The translations under genes and the position numbers were made by a program. A stretch of DNA of 64,000 nt from Gekko japonicus (lineage: Eukaryota): NCBI RefSeq assembly GCF_001447785.1, contig NW_015161976.1, positions 613,269-677,268 of the forward strand, given 5' to 3'. The notes below the pieces were generated by a model. The model had not been told where the DNA came from, made no database searches, and worked only from the letters and a program-made list of their open reading frames with translations. Shown here in pieces: positions 12,301 through 24,884 of the stretch. Within the stretch, counting starts at the first letter, position 1; every line of letters begins with the position of its first letter.

Positions 12301-13299
12301 TTTCAGTTCCAGCCTAATGCTGCTTAATAGAAGTGAAATTGCTAGACATGACCATGAGAATCAGGCTGCTATCGTCTTTTCTTCTGCTTTGTTCCAGAGG
12401 TTATCTTTCTCTGCAGACAGCTGTTACCTGATAGAGAACTGGGGAGGAAATGTTTCTTGTGGATCCAGGGTTTCAGCTGCTGATGTCTGCTTGTGATATA
12501 GACGGTTTCCTGGTCTTCAATCACTCTTGCTGATAATCCACCTATTCCTCTTAGAGGACCTGGACAGAATCATGTACACCCAGCAGCTGAAGCATAAAGG
12601 CCAGAAAATTTCACACTCCATTCTTCTACGCCATCAGAGCAATCCCATTGGAAAGACTGCTGAATTTGATGGGATTATGGAAGGAGCAGATAAATGATTG
12701 TCTGGGGTGATACAGTGACTGTACTACATCGACAGCCATAACAGTTCATTGGCTGATGATAATATTGGTTCCTATAATGCATGTACAGTAATTCTGTCTT
12801 GTATTCTGTCAGTGTGAATTTCTGCAACCTTTCATTTGATTTTACAGCTTGCTGAGATATTTTTGTTTAGTGATATGGGGGGAGGCTTCAGGATTTTGGA
12901 AAAATACTATCAGGAGAAATCTTTGCTAAACAAGGGGCAAAAGGGATGTGAAAAATGAGGGGACATCCTGTGCCCAGATGGTTCATATGCATATGCAAAA
13001 TACTGTATTATTATTCATTATACATAAATATGGCAACAGGTCCATATATAGATCATGAAGTATCTCTTCTTCACTCCTAAGGAAGCTCCGATCAGGATAT
13101 CATCATGTGTGGACACAAGACCAACATTCTCAAAGAACAGGGCCTTTTCAGTACTTGCTCCAATATTCTAGAATTACCTTCCTCAGGAGGCCAGATTTCA
13201 CTGCAGTGCTGGTGAGGTTTATTCAGGAAGGTGCTTTTATAAAGGGATCAGGACTGCACTCTATGCCACTGTATTATCTGTTTACTATGTGCTTTATTC

Positions 13300-13515
13300 T
13301 GCTCTAATCGCATTGTTTTCTATTTTTAGAATTCCATTTTCTGCTCTGTTTGACGTTTCATGTCTGATACCTTTTCCCATTATTCCTAATTTTTGTAATG
13401 TCCTATTGCATTGCTTATTAGATGTATCATGCTATTGTATTGCAATGTTTCACACCATGTAATCTGTTCTGAGTCTCAGTGAGAAAGGAGGGGTATAAAG
13501 TTAATAAATAAAAGA
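13300..13515 (+). mobile_element. L2 LINE 3' tail
   Basis: TGTAATCTGTTCTGAGTCTCAGTGAGAAAGGAGGGTATAAA..TAAATAAA, an L2-type terminus. Confidence 0.55.
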
Positions 13516-14651
13516 ACCCACCTGTAGAAGTTTGCAGTTACATAGCGTCTCATTTGAACTCGGCTGTTACTGGTTCGAAGCAGCTAGGAATGCCTAGTTT
13601 GTATGATAAGATGCTGTCTGCAAGGGCTGTGGATCTCCAGTGTGCACACGAAGCAGGCATTAGCTGCTTTGCAATGAGCTGCAGCCCTGGTTAAATGAGA
13701 CTGAATTTGTGCAGAGGTGTACAAGGAAGCTTTTTAGCTTTAGGGCATCACATTTAAATTGGACCTAAGCCTCCTTGATTCCTTGTGAGGCAGATGAAAA
13801 AATCCTTGTCCAACCAGGTATTTTAATTGAGACTATGTTGAAGAGGTTGAGGCTGCTGCTGCTCAGCTGGTTTTCTTAAATGTTTATACATTTTACATTA
13901 GCTTGAGAATTGAATTGTACTTGCTACTTTAGATGTTTTATGTTGTTAATTGTTTGAGAAAAACAATTAAAAAGCAGTGTATAACTTTAGCAAATAAATG
14001 AATCTGATTCTTTCACCTGAAATTTCCTGTGCTTTGTCCCCACCCCCAACACAGTCCAGTTCTACAGCCTGCTGGAAATTGGTCACAATATATTGACCCT
14101 GCACTGGTAGCCCTTACCATCTAGTAGCTATGGCCGAGCATTCAGGGGCAGAGTGGCCATTGATGGCCACTAAAGTCATAGTGGGCCAATGACCGGGGGG
14201 GGCTGCCCCATGCCTGGGACAACCCTCTCATAAAGTGGGTGGAGCCACTGTTGCCACCACTTGGTGGCCCCTACAAGGGGAGAAGAAATAGCTGCCTCTG
14301 CAGCCCACAGCCCATCATCTTGCAGGAACCAGCAGCCCCCATCCTGCTTTAGATAGGTGAGAGTCACCATTACCACAAGCCAGCAGCCCCTGCTCCATAC
14401 CAGGCAGGCAGGCAGGCATAAGCCAGGTGGGAGTTGTCATGGGGTGGTCCCTCTTCCTCCTTCCCTCCTCCTCCTTTAGGGGGTAGGACACTTTCCAGGG
14501 CCATTTTTGCCTTCCAGTCTGCCCCGGCCATGCACTTGTGTGTTTAGCAGATCTTTTAAACACCATTGTTCTGTACTATTTACCTGCATTTGGGGGGCTT
14601 TGCTGGGGATCTACTAACCACAGAAAATATTGTTTTGGAAACATCCTTCAG

Positions 14652-15087
14652 TTGGGTTGCCAGCTCCAGGTTGGGAAATAGCTGGATATTTGGGGAGCAG
14701 AGCCTGAGGAAGGCAGGGTTTGGGTTTGGGTTTGGGGAGGGCCTTTAATGGACTAATGCCATAGAGATCACCTTCCTAAGTGGCCATTTTCTCCAGGTGA
14801 ACTGGTCTCTTGCCTGGAGAACAGTTGTAATCAATGCTCCCTCTAAGCTGTGGAGTCTTGTGAGCAAAAATTCTACTTCGTGAGCTACTGGCATTAAAGT
14901 TGTGAGCAAGCAATTTGGCTACTGCATAAATTAGTTTGCTCTGGAGCCATCCTTCCTGAGCTAAGAGACAAAAATGTGTGAGCCGGAGGCTGAAAAACTG
15001 TGAGCTAGCTCACCCTAACTCAGCTTAGAGGGAACACTGGTTGTAATCCCAGGAGATCTCCAGCTACCACCTGGAGCTTGACAACCT
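14652..15087 (+). mobile_element. hAT-type MITE with GGGTTGCCA termini (family B), with nested family A MITE
   Basis: GGGTTGCCAGCTCC...TTGACAACC; the same body recurs at 18198, 21910, 28225, 29220 and 46545. Confidence 0.7.
14832..15039 (-). mobile_element. hAT MITE family A
   Basis: TIRs and a perfect 8-bp TSD GTTGTAAT (14824-14831, 15040-15047). Confidence 0.92.
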
Positions 15088-15366
15088 CAACATAAACATA
15101 TAAGAGAGATAAACATATGGAGCAGAGGTCCATCACTGGCCATTTGCCACAAGGTATAGATAGGAACTCTCAGTCTGGGGCAAGTGATGCACTGTCTTCT
15201 TGGTCCTGGGGGGGGGGGCAACAGTGGGAGTGCTGCTAGCATCCTGGCACCACTGCTGGACCTCCTGATGGCACCTGGTATTTTTGGCCACTGTGTGACA
15301 GAGTGTTGGACTGGATGGGCCATTGGCCTGATCCAACATTGACTTCTCTTGTGTTCTTATGTTCTT
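15088..15366 (+). mobile_element. CR1 LINE 3' end
   Basis: Near-identical to 49858-50110; ends in (TTCTTATG)n. Confidence 0.85.
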
Positions 15367-15439
15367 AACCCTATTTTATTGGTAACTGGCTGGACAAAAC
15401 GTATTTTATAAAATGATAACTAAGTTTTCCAGCTGGTGA

Positions 15440-15602
15440 TGGTGGAAAATGCCTTTGAGTAGCAGCTGACTTTTGGCCACTCATAGGATTTCCAAGGTTA
15501 CTCCCTGCGCCACCGCTCCCTTGGTGGTCTCCCGATCTGGACTTCCTTGGTGGTCTCCCAATCTGCCAAGGTTAGGCTATTCTGGGCCATGCATGTCAGG
15601 GT
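15440..15602 (-). mobile_element. Degenerate 5S-rRNA-derived SINE
   Basis: GGTGGTCTCCC and CAGCTGACTT..CATAGG segments shared with 58884-59090. Confidence 0.5.
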
Positions 15603-17779
15603 GGATCCTAGCTAGAAGCTGATAAATACATTTAGGCATATGTTACTCAACGATGCTTCAGGTGATGGCAGAAGGCTAAAGATGAAAATTTTCCACCCCA
15701 GAAAGACACTGTGTTTGAGGTGGCGATGAGCTCTGTGAATATTCAGTCTGTGGTTTTTGATCTGCAATGGCCATTTCAGTTCACACATGGAAATCATCCA
15801 GTGGTGCTGCAGTCATAAACTGGTGGAGAACATGTGCTATGCTCACCCTGAGATTTCAGATGTTTGGGTTAATTGTAGACAGGATTGTATATTTTCACCC
15901 ACTGTGAGGGAATCAAAAGACTGGATTTAGAATAAATAATGCAAATTATTTTCATACCTTTCAATTGTTTAATTTTTGTCGTTAATTTATTTCAGGTCTT
16001 CAAAGAACTCCATGGGATAGTTGGACGTGATTAGAGAGTGAGGCAAAGTTGTTAACACAATACAGATAAAAGTCTAGAACTTTTAGAAATGAAAGCCTGG
16101 GCTCTCAGAATAGTAACCTGTGCCAAAGAGCTTATTCTGTGCTTTAACATAAGACAAACATCCATGGTAATAGATGAAAAAGAGAAGACTGTGCTAAGAC
16201 AGAAAACATAAAAGAGAAAGAACTGACTTTGATTTCCTGAAGGCAGCAAAAGATTGATCATAAATTGGCTTTTGTTAAATGTAATCAGTCTAGCTTGGTA
16301 TTATGTTTTCATTGTTTTGTTTGTCATTTGGCCTTGATACCAAATCAGGCTTGGATTGGAATTACCACCCAAGATAGTTTTCTTCTTTATTATTATTATT
16401 CTGATTTAGAAAGGGAATGACTTCTGGCTCTGGAGCATACACATATGGAAATCTGCTTTTTCTTTCCAACCAGGAGAAATAAATTGCAGAGATGGAGCGG
16501 ATGGAATGTTAGCCTTAGTGAAGAAAATGGAAGCCTCTGACTCCTTTCCTTTTTGATACTTTTTACAGATGTGACCTTTTTTCCCTCCACTTCAGCTTTC
16601 ACCCTGTTTAAGTTACTGTTTTGTTCTGATTTATATGCAGACGAATTCAGAGGAAAAAGAAATCAAGGCAGATGTTTTATGGACACAAGTTTTGTTTTCT
16701 TTTTGCAGGCATCCCGATGTTCTATCTCTGTTTTTTAAAAAACACCCGGTACAATAGTACCAAGTTACTGGTGAAGAACAAGTTGGATTTCAGAAGGACA
16801 AAAGTAATGCTCATCCGTTCTTTTGTTCTTTGACATTTGGTATCCAAGTGTGTGAGTACACACACGCACAAAGACACACACAATGGAAGCAGCCAGCTTG
16901 TATGGCATTCATTGATTTCATGGCAGCCTACAGTTTGGAGAACTGGGACCAACTGTGGGATAAATTCTTTGACCCCAGGGTTGATAGGGTGTTTGATTTT
17001 AGTTTAAAAACTGCCTAACAACATGTAATCAACAGTGAAACGTAACATCCTACCCTTCATTTAAGGAGTTTAGAGCAGCATACAGGCTCCTTCTCCATTG
17101 TATCCATATAACAACCCTGTGAGATACCGCAGTTCACCCAGTAAACTTAATGGCATAGAGGAGATTTCAACCTGGGTCTCCCCCTCTAATCACCAGACAT
17201 CATTTCAATAAGATCCACTGATAAAGAAATTCCAGCACTTATTTCAGTAACTGACACACTCTCTTTCTAGCTTTTATGCAGACAGCCTCTGGCATGAGAA
17301 TTTGAAATCAGGCTTCAGAATTATAATCTCCAGAATTTCTGCCCTGCTATTCACAGACAAACATGAGCCTTGTATAATTTATTTATGTAGGGATGAGAGT
17401 TTGGGAGTTTATGCCAACAAGCGGTGCTTTCACACATACTGAAAACACACTTTAGTGATCATTAGAAAGACAACAAGAAGAGTCCAAAAAGACAGAGATG
17501 TCTGTTAAAAGACTCTGAACAAGTAAATAGTTATAAATCTCCCTTATAAATAAAAGCCGAATGGTGGTGGCACTTCTCTAGGACATTCCACACGCTCCAA
17601 AATCAGTTCGCTCTCTGATCTGTCATTCAGAGGGTCTCCATATCCACTGGCTGCTTTGCCTGAGTCCTGCCTCCAACATTCTAAACATTTTGCTGTTCCT
17701 CTCCCCCCCATAGCCAGTCAGAACACAGAGGTTATTTGCATATGCAGCCTCACTGGCCTTTGTCTCGGAACACAGAGGT

Positions 17780-17965
17780 CTTTTGCATATGCGCAGGGGT
17801 CATTTGGGGGGGGACGTGGGGGGACGCCATCCCCCCGGGTGAGGTGCGGGAGGGCGGGGCCTGGAGGTCGCCGCCGGCTGTGGGGAGGACACACTTCCGG
17901 TGATGTCAGGGGGTGTGGCATATGCTAATGAGTTATGCTAATGAGTCCCCCTAGCTCTTTTTCTA
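17780..17965 (-). mobile_element. hAT MITE family C fragment
   Basis: GCATATGCTAATGAGTTATGCTAATGAG is the reverse complement of the motif in 28569-28981 and 32655-33876. Confidence 0.65.
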
Positions 17966-18470
17966 GGGCTGGAGATCACTCAGAATTACAACTGCTTTCC
18001 AGATGGCAGAGATCAGTTCCCCTGGAGAAAATGGTGGGCTCTGTATCCTTATATGCTGCTGAGGTGGCCCCCATAACAGCCAATGTGACGTAGCAGTCAG
18101 GGCTTCAGAGCACGGGAGAGGCTGCAGGTGTGTGGGGGGTGGAAAGCTGAAGAGTGAGTGGGAAATAAAGGTAGGTTGATGATTGGCTGGGAAGGAGATA
18201 GGGTTGCCAACTCCAGGTGGGAAATTCTTGGAGATGTGAGGGATGAAGCCTGGAGAGGGTGAGGTTTCAGGAGGTGTGGGACCTCGGACAGGTACAAAGC
18301 CATAGACTCCACCCTCCAAACTAACAATTCCCTTCTGGGGAACCATCGTTGCCAATCTCCAGGTGAGGACTGGCGATCCCTCAAAATTACAACTGTTCTT
18401 TAGGTAGCAGAGATCAGTTCCTCTTGTGAAAATGGTGGACTCAGTGTCATTATACCCTGCTGAGGTCGCC
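17965..18470. mobile_element. Cluster of family B MITE fragments in both orientations
   Basis: Repeated GAGATCAGTTCCCCTGGAGAAAATGG and TAGGGTTGCCAACTCC segments. Confidence 0.65.
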
Positions 18471-19199
18471 ACAGCGAATTGACACTGAGTGTCCAATGCT
18501 GGGGCACCCACCCAGAGCCTCTTTCTAGAGGCTGTTGTATTTATTTCCACAACGGGCCTTTTTCCTAGTACTTATATAAAGCTTCTTTCAGGATCATCTT
18601 TCTTGGGTGGGGTATAAACTAATTTCAAGTCTGCACAGCTCATTTTGATTTTGCATGCGGCAAAGGGGGTAAACAAGCAGTGCTCCAAATAATTTTTTTA
18701 TTGCTCAAATAATATATGGGGCAAAAGCAGGGCATCTAGATGATTCTTTGTGCTTACCATGAGGTACACTGGCTACAATTGCATATAGAAGTTCTTTCAA
18801 TTTAGGCCGAAGTGAATAAAAATTTCATCATATTGGACAAAATTTCATAATATTGTTGAAATGGTATCCAAGCTTTTAAGACTTCACGTTATCTTCCCTT
18901 TCACACTATGCCTTCTCTGGTTATTTGGATGGAAGATATAACAGAATCCTGGGCTCGTGGAACTGTGTTGTGTATAGGTAGCCAAAAGACAGGTTCAGTT
19001 CATAATATCACATGAAACCATGGTTTATTTAATTTAAATTAAAAATGGTGCAGGTGCTCATTTGAGTGGAGGTGACTGCATGAACTGTGGTTTATTATGT
19101 TATGTCAAACCTGAATCTGAAGTTAGCTATTAATCACAGTCTAAATTACAGTTTTGTGTGACACATGAATTTAGGTAGTGCCCCCGCTGTACTGCACAA

Positions 19200-19320
19200 G
19201 AACATATGTACAAAAAGCTGCCTTCTACTGAGTCAGACAATTAGTCTTTCAAGGTCAGTATTGTCTACTCAGACTGGCAGTGGCTCTCCAGGATCTCAAA
19301 GTGCAAAAAAGAGGTCTGCA
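19200..19320 (-). mobile_element. tRNA-derived SINE (Squam2-like) fragment
   Basis: Reverse complement of the 44640-44742 body. Confidence 0.6.
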
Positions 19321-19602
19321 CCAATGCAGAGTCAGAGAAGAAAAAAATGATGGTGCAGTGGGAAAAGACTTTAATTAAGTATCACTCAGGTTGATTCTGC
19401 ATTGGCTTTTCCCTCCGCTTGGTAGGAAACCCACATTGGAACAGAAATTACCCTCTGCATTGCATGCTGGTTTTACTCCCTTTGATGATCAGGATTTATG
19501 GCAGCATCCACACTCCATACCACTTTCGAGTTCTTTGATCATTGGATTTAATTGTACCTTCTGCGTAGATTTATGGTCAAAGCAATGGTATTCTCAGTAG
19601 TC

Positions 19603-19892
19603 ATGTATTGCTGTGAGAGTTGGACTATAAGGAAGGCCAAGCGCCGAAGAATAGATTCTTTTTAACTATGATGCTGGAGAAGACTCTTGAGAGTCCCTTG
19701 GACTGCAAGAAGAACAAATCAGTCAATCCTAAAACCCTGACTGTTCCCTGGAAGGCCAGATAATAAAACTGAAGCTCAAATACTTTGGCCACCAAATGAG
19801 AAGGGAGCACTCACTGGAGAAGACCCTGATGCTGGGAAAGACTGAAGGTCAAAGAAGATGGGGACGGCAAAGGATGAGATGGTTAGACAGTC
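19603..19892 (+). mobile_element. BovB (RTE) LINE fragment
   Basis: CESWTIRKAKRRRIDSF, WRRLLRVPWTARRTNQSIL, KLKLKYFGH, SLEKTLMLGKTEG..RQRMRWLD: the RTE RT C-terminus. Confidence 0.92.
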
Positions 19893-20059
19893 AGGGGTGA
19901 CTCTGCAGTCAGTACCGCCATTGCCCCGAGGTATTTGGATGTGGTTTTGAGCTGCACTTTTTGCTCCCAGTTGAGAAAATGTGGAGCAAATGCTAGATGC
20001 AGAATTGCCCTCAAAGATCCCTATGTGTTTCGCATTCTGCTTCATCAGGGGTCAGAATG

Positions 20060-20200
20060 TTCCCACTATAATAAACTGCCTCAAGGGTCTCAGCCAAAGG
20101 TCTTTCATGTTACCTACTACCTTATACTTTTAAGTTGAAGTTGCCAGGGATTGAACCTGGGAACTTCTGCATACAGAGCAAATACTGTGCCATTGAGCAA
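20060..20200 (-). mobile_element. tRNA-derived SINE (Squam2-like) fragment
   Basis: GGGATTGAACCTGGGAACTTCTGCAT is the reverse B-box region. Confidence 0.6.
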
Positions 20201-21230
20201 GACAGGGATACCAGCAGTGTGTCTGTGGGAGAGATGGGAGAAAGATAAGGCTTCAGAACCAGCAAACCTGAATTTGAATGATCGTCTGTGAGCCAAATTC
20301 TGGTTTCACGCACTAACCATAACTAAAATAAACCATGGCTTTCTGTGATGTCTCAACTAAACCACATATTTCTTCTGAGATAACAACTAACAGCTCTTAT
20401 CAGTCTGCACTGATTCGGGAAGGCTACTATGTAAGCCAGACAAAAATGTCTTCATATGGTGAGATACATATGAAGTAAAGGAATGTGTTCTAATCACTTC
20501 CCACTGTATACAGAAATTTTTATCTGGCTTACTACTAGCAGCCTTCCTGGGTCAATGGATTCTGATAAAATCTGCTATTTGTTATCTGATCGGGATAAAT
20601 ATGTGACTCGCAAGACAGCTTTGTTTGCTGTAGCTGCTGAAAAAAATTAGAAGGAAGTAAATCAAATCAATTGCCATTTCCTGCCTCAGGGACCCACCTG
20701 ATATGAGATCAGGATATTGTTGAACCATAAACAGTAACATTTGCCACTTCTTCAGTATATTATTCATTTTGAAATTTATTTTTTCAATGACAGAAGCTGG
20801 CCATTTTGGCTTGAATATACTGTGTATTCTCCAAGCTTTACAGATAACAGTTTTATTTGTGCTGAATGTTATATTGTATTGGGTTGAGAAACAGTTAAGC
20901 ACTTAAACAGAAACAAACATGGGGGGGGGGACAGGTATCACAAAAGTACAAGAAAGGTGCAAGGAAAGGTGCAATGCTATTGATTTTCCTCTTCTTGACA
21001 AGAACCAGTAATAATTCTTCTAGAAACGGTTTGAGCTTTCTCAGCATGAAAATATGTGCCAGATGGTCATTTCTTTATAATTCAACTATCTTATGCATTA
21101 TCTCTTCCCTCCAGTCAGACTATCTTGATCCTAGAGAATGCATGACCTCAAGTAATCAGTTCCATAGGGTTGTACATGAAGGCAAAGCTCTTTGTAGATG
21201 TGAATGTTTAAGGCTAAAATAATGTCCAGT

Positions 21231-21558
21231 ATGGCTCAGAGGTTAAAAGGCTGAGCTGCAGACTGTAGTTCAGCAGTTCGAGATCCTAGTGCCGCGTGAT
21301 GGAGTGAGCTCCTGTCTCTGGCCCCAGCTCCTGCCAACCTAGCAGTTTGAAAGCAAGAAATTGCAAGTAGATAAATAGGTACCACTTCGGTGGGAAGGTA
21401 ACAGCATTCGGTGCACCTTGGCATTTAGTCATGCTGGCCACATGACCATGGAAATGTCTTTGGACAGTACTGGCTCTTCAGCTTGGAAACAGAGATGAGC
21501 ACCGCTCCCTAGAGTCAGATTTGACTAGCTCTCAAGCAAGGGAAACCTTTACCTTTAT
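21231..21558 (+). mobile_element. Sauria SINE
   Basis: tRNA-like head (GTTCGAGA), GCAAGTAGATAAATAGGTACCAC core and (ACCTTT)n tail. Confidence 0.92.
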
Positions 21559-21909
21559 GGACACAGAATACATTTACATGAAGACTTGGTTAGATCATGA
21601 TAATACAGCTTTCGGCCTCTAATGCCATTCCCTAAATATTTGGGAATAAAAATGCCAGGAGCTTCTTTTGCTCCTGTATCTTGAACAGATGAGCTATACT
21701 GTGTGTAAAAATTAAATGTAGAGTTCCATATGCCCTTATCCTACTGGAGAAAAGTTTGAGGATAACTTTTTGGGATAAAGAACATGAGAGAGTTATGGCA
21801 TCTGTCATCATTTGTTTATTTGCAAATTATAAATTGATCACAAATGCAAGGATATAGCACCAAACACACAGGCAGTGCTAATTCCCTATAAACCTTAGGA
21901 CACCCTCCC

Positions 21910-22128
21910 CAGGATTGCCAGTTCCAGGTCGGGAAATCCCTAGAGATTTGAGGGTGCAGCCTGAGAAGGGTGGAGTTTGGGGGAGGGAGGAAGGTCAGCA
22001 GGGATGTGATGTCATACAATTAATTCTCTGAACCTGCCATGTTCTCCAAGGGAATTTATCTCTGTAATCTGGAGATTAGTTGTCATTCCTGGAGAGCTCC
22101 AAGTCCCACCTGGAGGCTGGCAACCCTA
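21910..22128 (+). mobile_element. hAT-type MITE family B, full length
   Basis: AGGATTGCCA...TGGCAACCCTA termini. Confidence 0.8.
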
Positions 22129-22593
22129 TCCTCCATTTAACCAGAAAATTTCAAACCACTGCTCCCAAATTGTCTTAGCATGTTTGCAAGTTAGACTAAG
22201 CAAGTGATTTAAAATTCTATCTTGTGCGTAGATGACTCCCAGATATACTACATATAGCCTGGATTTAATTGTATTCCCGTTTTTTTTTTAATCTAGGAAA
22301 GTTACAAAAAAGGAAAGAAGAATAAAATTGCAAAAAATCATTTTGTTCAATACTAATATAATTACAGAGTGAATTCCAGTAAACAATAAACGGAGTTTAT
22401 ATATCTCTCGAAGTGACTGTATTTAATTTAACTGCACATCTTATCTATTAATTTATCCATTTCACCAATCTCTCTAATGCTTGCATTAACCATTTCTTAT
22501 TAGATGGAATTATTGGCTTTTTGCAAGACTGAATATAGCAACCATTTCCCCTCCATTTAAACAGCTTTGACTCTTATACAGCATGGTAGTAAC

Positions 22594-22799
22594 CAATGCT
22601 CCCTCTAAGCTGTGGAGTCTTGTGAGCAAAAATTCTACTTTGTGAGCGACTGGCATTAAAGGTGTGAGCGAGCGATTTGGCTGCTGCATAAATTGGTTTG
22701 CTCTGGAGCCATCCTTCCTGAGCTAAGACAAAAATGTGTGAGCTGGAGGCTAAAGATCTGTGAGCTAGCTCACACTAACTCAGCTTAGAGGGAACACTG
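22594..22799 (-). mobile_element. hAT MITE family A
   Basis: TIRs and a perfect TSD GTAGTAAC (22586-22593, 22800-22807). Confidence 0.92.
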
Positions 22800-23078
22800 G
22801 TAGTAACTGGCAGAGGAAAAGACAAGCGTGCCTGTAACTTGATCACTTTATCCAGGGAGAAGGATGGGGTAGTCCAATGGGGAGGAAAGAACCATCCTGG
22901 ATAATGACCCTGCCCATGGTCCATCCCTGGCTCTGCCCTCCACTGGAGGGGGGAGGAAGAAGAACAGGTCTCCCAAAATAGGGTTGTCAGGTTGCATCCA
23001 CCCAGCGGCAGGTATGGGGGGAGAGATTTTTTGGAAGTGGGGGGACCACGTGGCATGTGTGTGATGTAATGATGTCAC

Positions 23079-24884
23079 TCAGTTTCCAGTTTTGGTGATT
23101 GCCATGACAGCAGCTTTCTCCTGGACCTCCGGGAGAAGCCTGCCAGCGCCCATGGTTGGGAGGGGGCATGATTGTCCATGCCACCCCAGGAGCCCGGGAG
23201 AAGGGCTCCCAGCCATGGGGCACTAGAGAGTTCCCCCAGTGAGAAAAGCCGGTGGAGGGGGGCTACTCCAAGCCCCGATTTTCCCACCATGGAGCGTCCC
23301 GCATGGGAACAAGATCAGCACACTGGATCAAGCGTTCGGTGATCAAGCGATATTGGACACAGGCGAGCAATAGTTGAAAATGTGAGTTTAAGTACAAGCG
23401 AGACAACGAAAAAGTGCAGGGCCCTCCCAAAATAAAACGAAGGGGGGACTTCCCTCTGTTAAGAACTGTTTACAGGTGATTTAAGCTACAAAAGGGGGGG
23501 CTGTCACAAAAAGCGATCAGAATAAAATAAATAGACTCTAAGAGCTTACCGCGTTACAAAAGAACTTCCAGAGACTTTGACAAACTTTTGATAAAAGTAA
23601 ATAATTCTCAAACATGGTGCAGCTGACAGCGAAGGACTCTAGAGACAAACAAGTGAAAGCAAAGCTTCTTCCCGGAAGCTCCAGCCCCACGAGTTCTGCT
23701 TCTAGGCAGGGCTCTACAGAGGAACTTCAAAGGCTCTTGTCGGAAGCACTTCGCCCCCTGCTGGAGAAAATTACGGCAATTGATAACAAGCTGGATACAC
23801 AGCAAGTGCAAATGACTACAAATACGCAGAAAATAGAAAAAATGGAGCAGGAGCTCAAAGTGATTGATACCAACTCAAAAAAGATGGGCAAAAAACTGCA
23901 GGCACTTGAAAGAAAGTGCCAAATCGAAGAATCTCGAGTACTACAGCTACAAATGGAAAGAGCAAGCTATGTCTTGAGACTTCAAGGGATCCAGGAAGAG
24001 AAAGGAGAGAATCTGAGACAGATTGTTGGTGACGTGCTTGCACCCATGGCAGAGATGACATCAGATCACCTTCAAAGCGAAATAGATACGGTCAATAGAT
24101 CGTATCCAGAATTTATTAGAAAGAATAATCTGCCAGGGAAAGTTACAATAAGATTCTCTCGAAGAAAAGTGAGAGATCAACTATTGAAAGCATCTAATGG
24201 AGCTACCTTGAAGATAAAAGACAAAGATATAAGAATACTGAAAGATGTTCCATTTGAGATAAGAAGGAAAAGAAGGAAATATAGAGACTTGACTCTATTT
24301 CTACAAGAGCATGATGTTGCCTACAAATGGTTAACACCCGAGGGGCTAATCTTCAGATATGCAAATGGTAGAGAAAGGATTGACTCTGTTGAAAAGGCTT
24401 GTGAATTTTTGCCTCAACATAGCAATCAAACAGGAGAAGGTGCGACTGGTGATGCCAAAAACAGCAAGGAAGAAGGAGAGGCTGGAACCTCTGAGGAAGA
24501 CTCTGACTCTAAATTGGGGGTGGCGGGTCCTAAACAAGGCTATCAGTTGAGACACAGAAAGGGGAAAAAAGTAGATTATCAATGTGCTCTGGAATATCTA
24601 AAAAGTAGTTTAATATATAACATTCTACAATCTTTTTATGAAATTAGAAATGTTGATGAAACAGTTATGTTTAATTAGATAGATGATCATTTTCAACAAA
24701 AGTTAACTTGTGTTTAAGTTTAAAGGTAAATGTGTAAACGTATGTATGATCTTGGGTTTTTAGAGGGTTTTCTTTACTTTCTCCTATAGATGTAACCCCT
24801 TCCATGGACTTTCTGTTTGTAGTTTTTAGTGTGTAGTTATTAGAAAATGCAATAAAAAAACATCCCCTTTCGGGGGGTTCAAAA
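23079..24884 (+). mobile_element. ORF1-only L1-derived retroelement (HAL1-like)
   Basis: 11-bp TSD AATGATGTCAC (23068-23078, 24885-24895). ~535-bp CpG-containing 5' UTR, intact ORF1, T-rich 3' UTR, AATAAA at 24851 and a short A tail. No ORF2. Confidence 0.85.
23614..24678 (+). CDS. LINE-1 ORF1p-like RNA-binding protein (coiled coil, RRM, CTD), 354 aa
   Basis: Heptad region (LLEKITAIDNKLD..IEKMEQEL..LQALERK), RRM start LRLQGIQEEKGENL, IDTVNRS, VTIRFSRRKVRDQLL, CTD IRILKDVP..IRRKRR..YKWLTPEGL. Good Kozak context AACATGG. Confidence 0.9.
   Translation: MVQLTAKDSRDKQVKAKLLPGSSSPTSSASRQGSTEELQRLLSEALRPLLEKITAIDNKLDTQQVQMTTNTQKIEKMEQELKVIDTNSKKMGKKLQALERKCQIEESRVLQLQMERASYVLRLQGIQEEKGENLRQIVGDVLAPMAEMTSDHLQSEIDTVNRSYPEFIRKNNLPGKVTIRFSRRKVRDQLLKASNGATLKIKDKDIRILKDVPFEIRRKRRKYRDLTLFLQEHDVAYKWLTPEGLIFRYANGRERIDSVEKACEFLPQHSNQTGEGATGDAKNSKEEGEAGTSEEDSDSKLGVAGPKQGYQLRHRKGKKVDYQCALEYLKSSLIYNILQSFYEIRNVDETVMFN

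Noticed and set aside
23614-24678. Domesticated L1TD1-like host gene
   Set aside because: It retains a TSD and A tail and sits inside a lineage-specific MITE, which indicates a recent insertion rather than an old domesticated gene.
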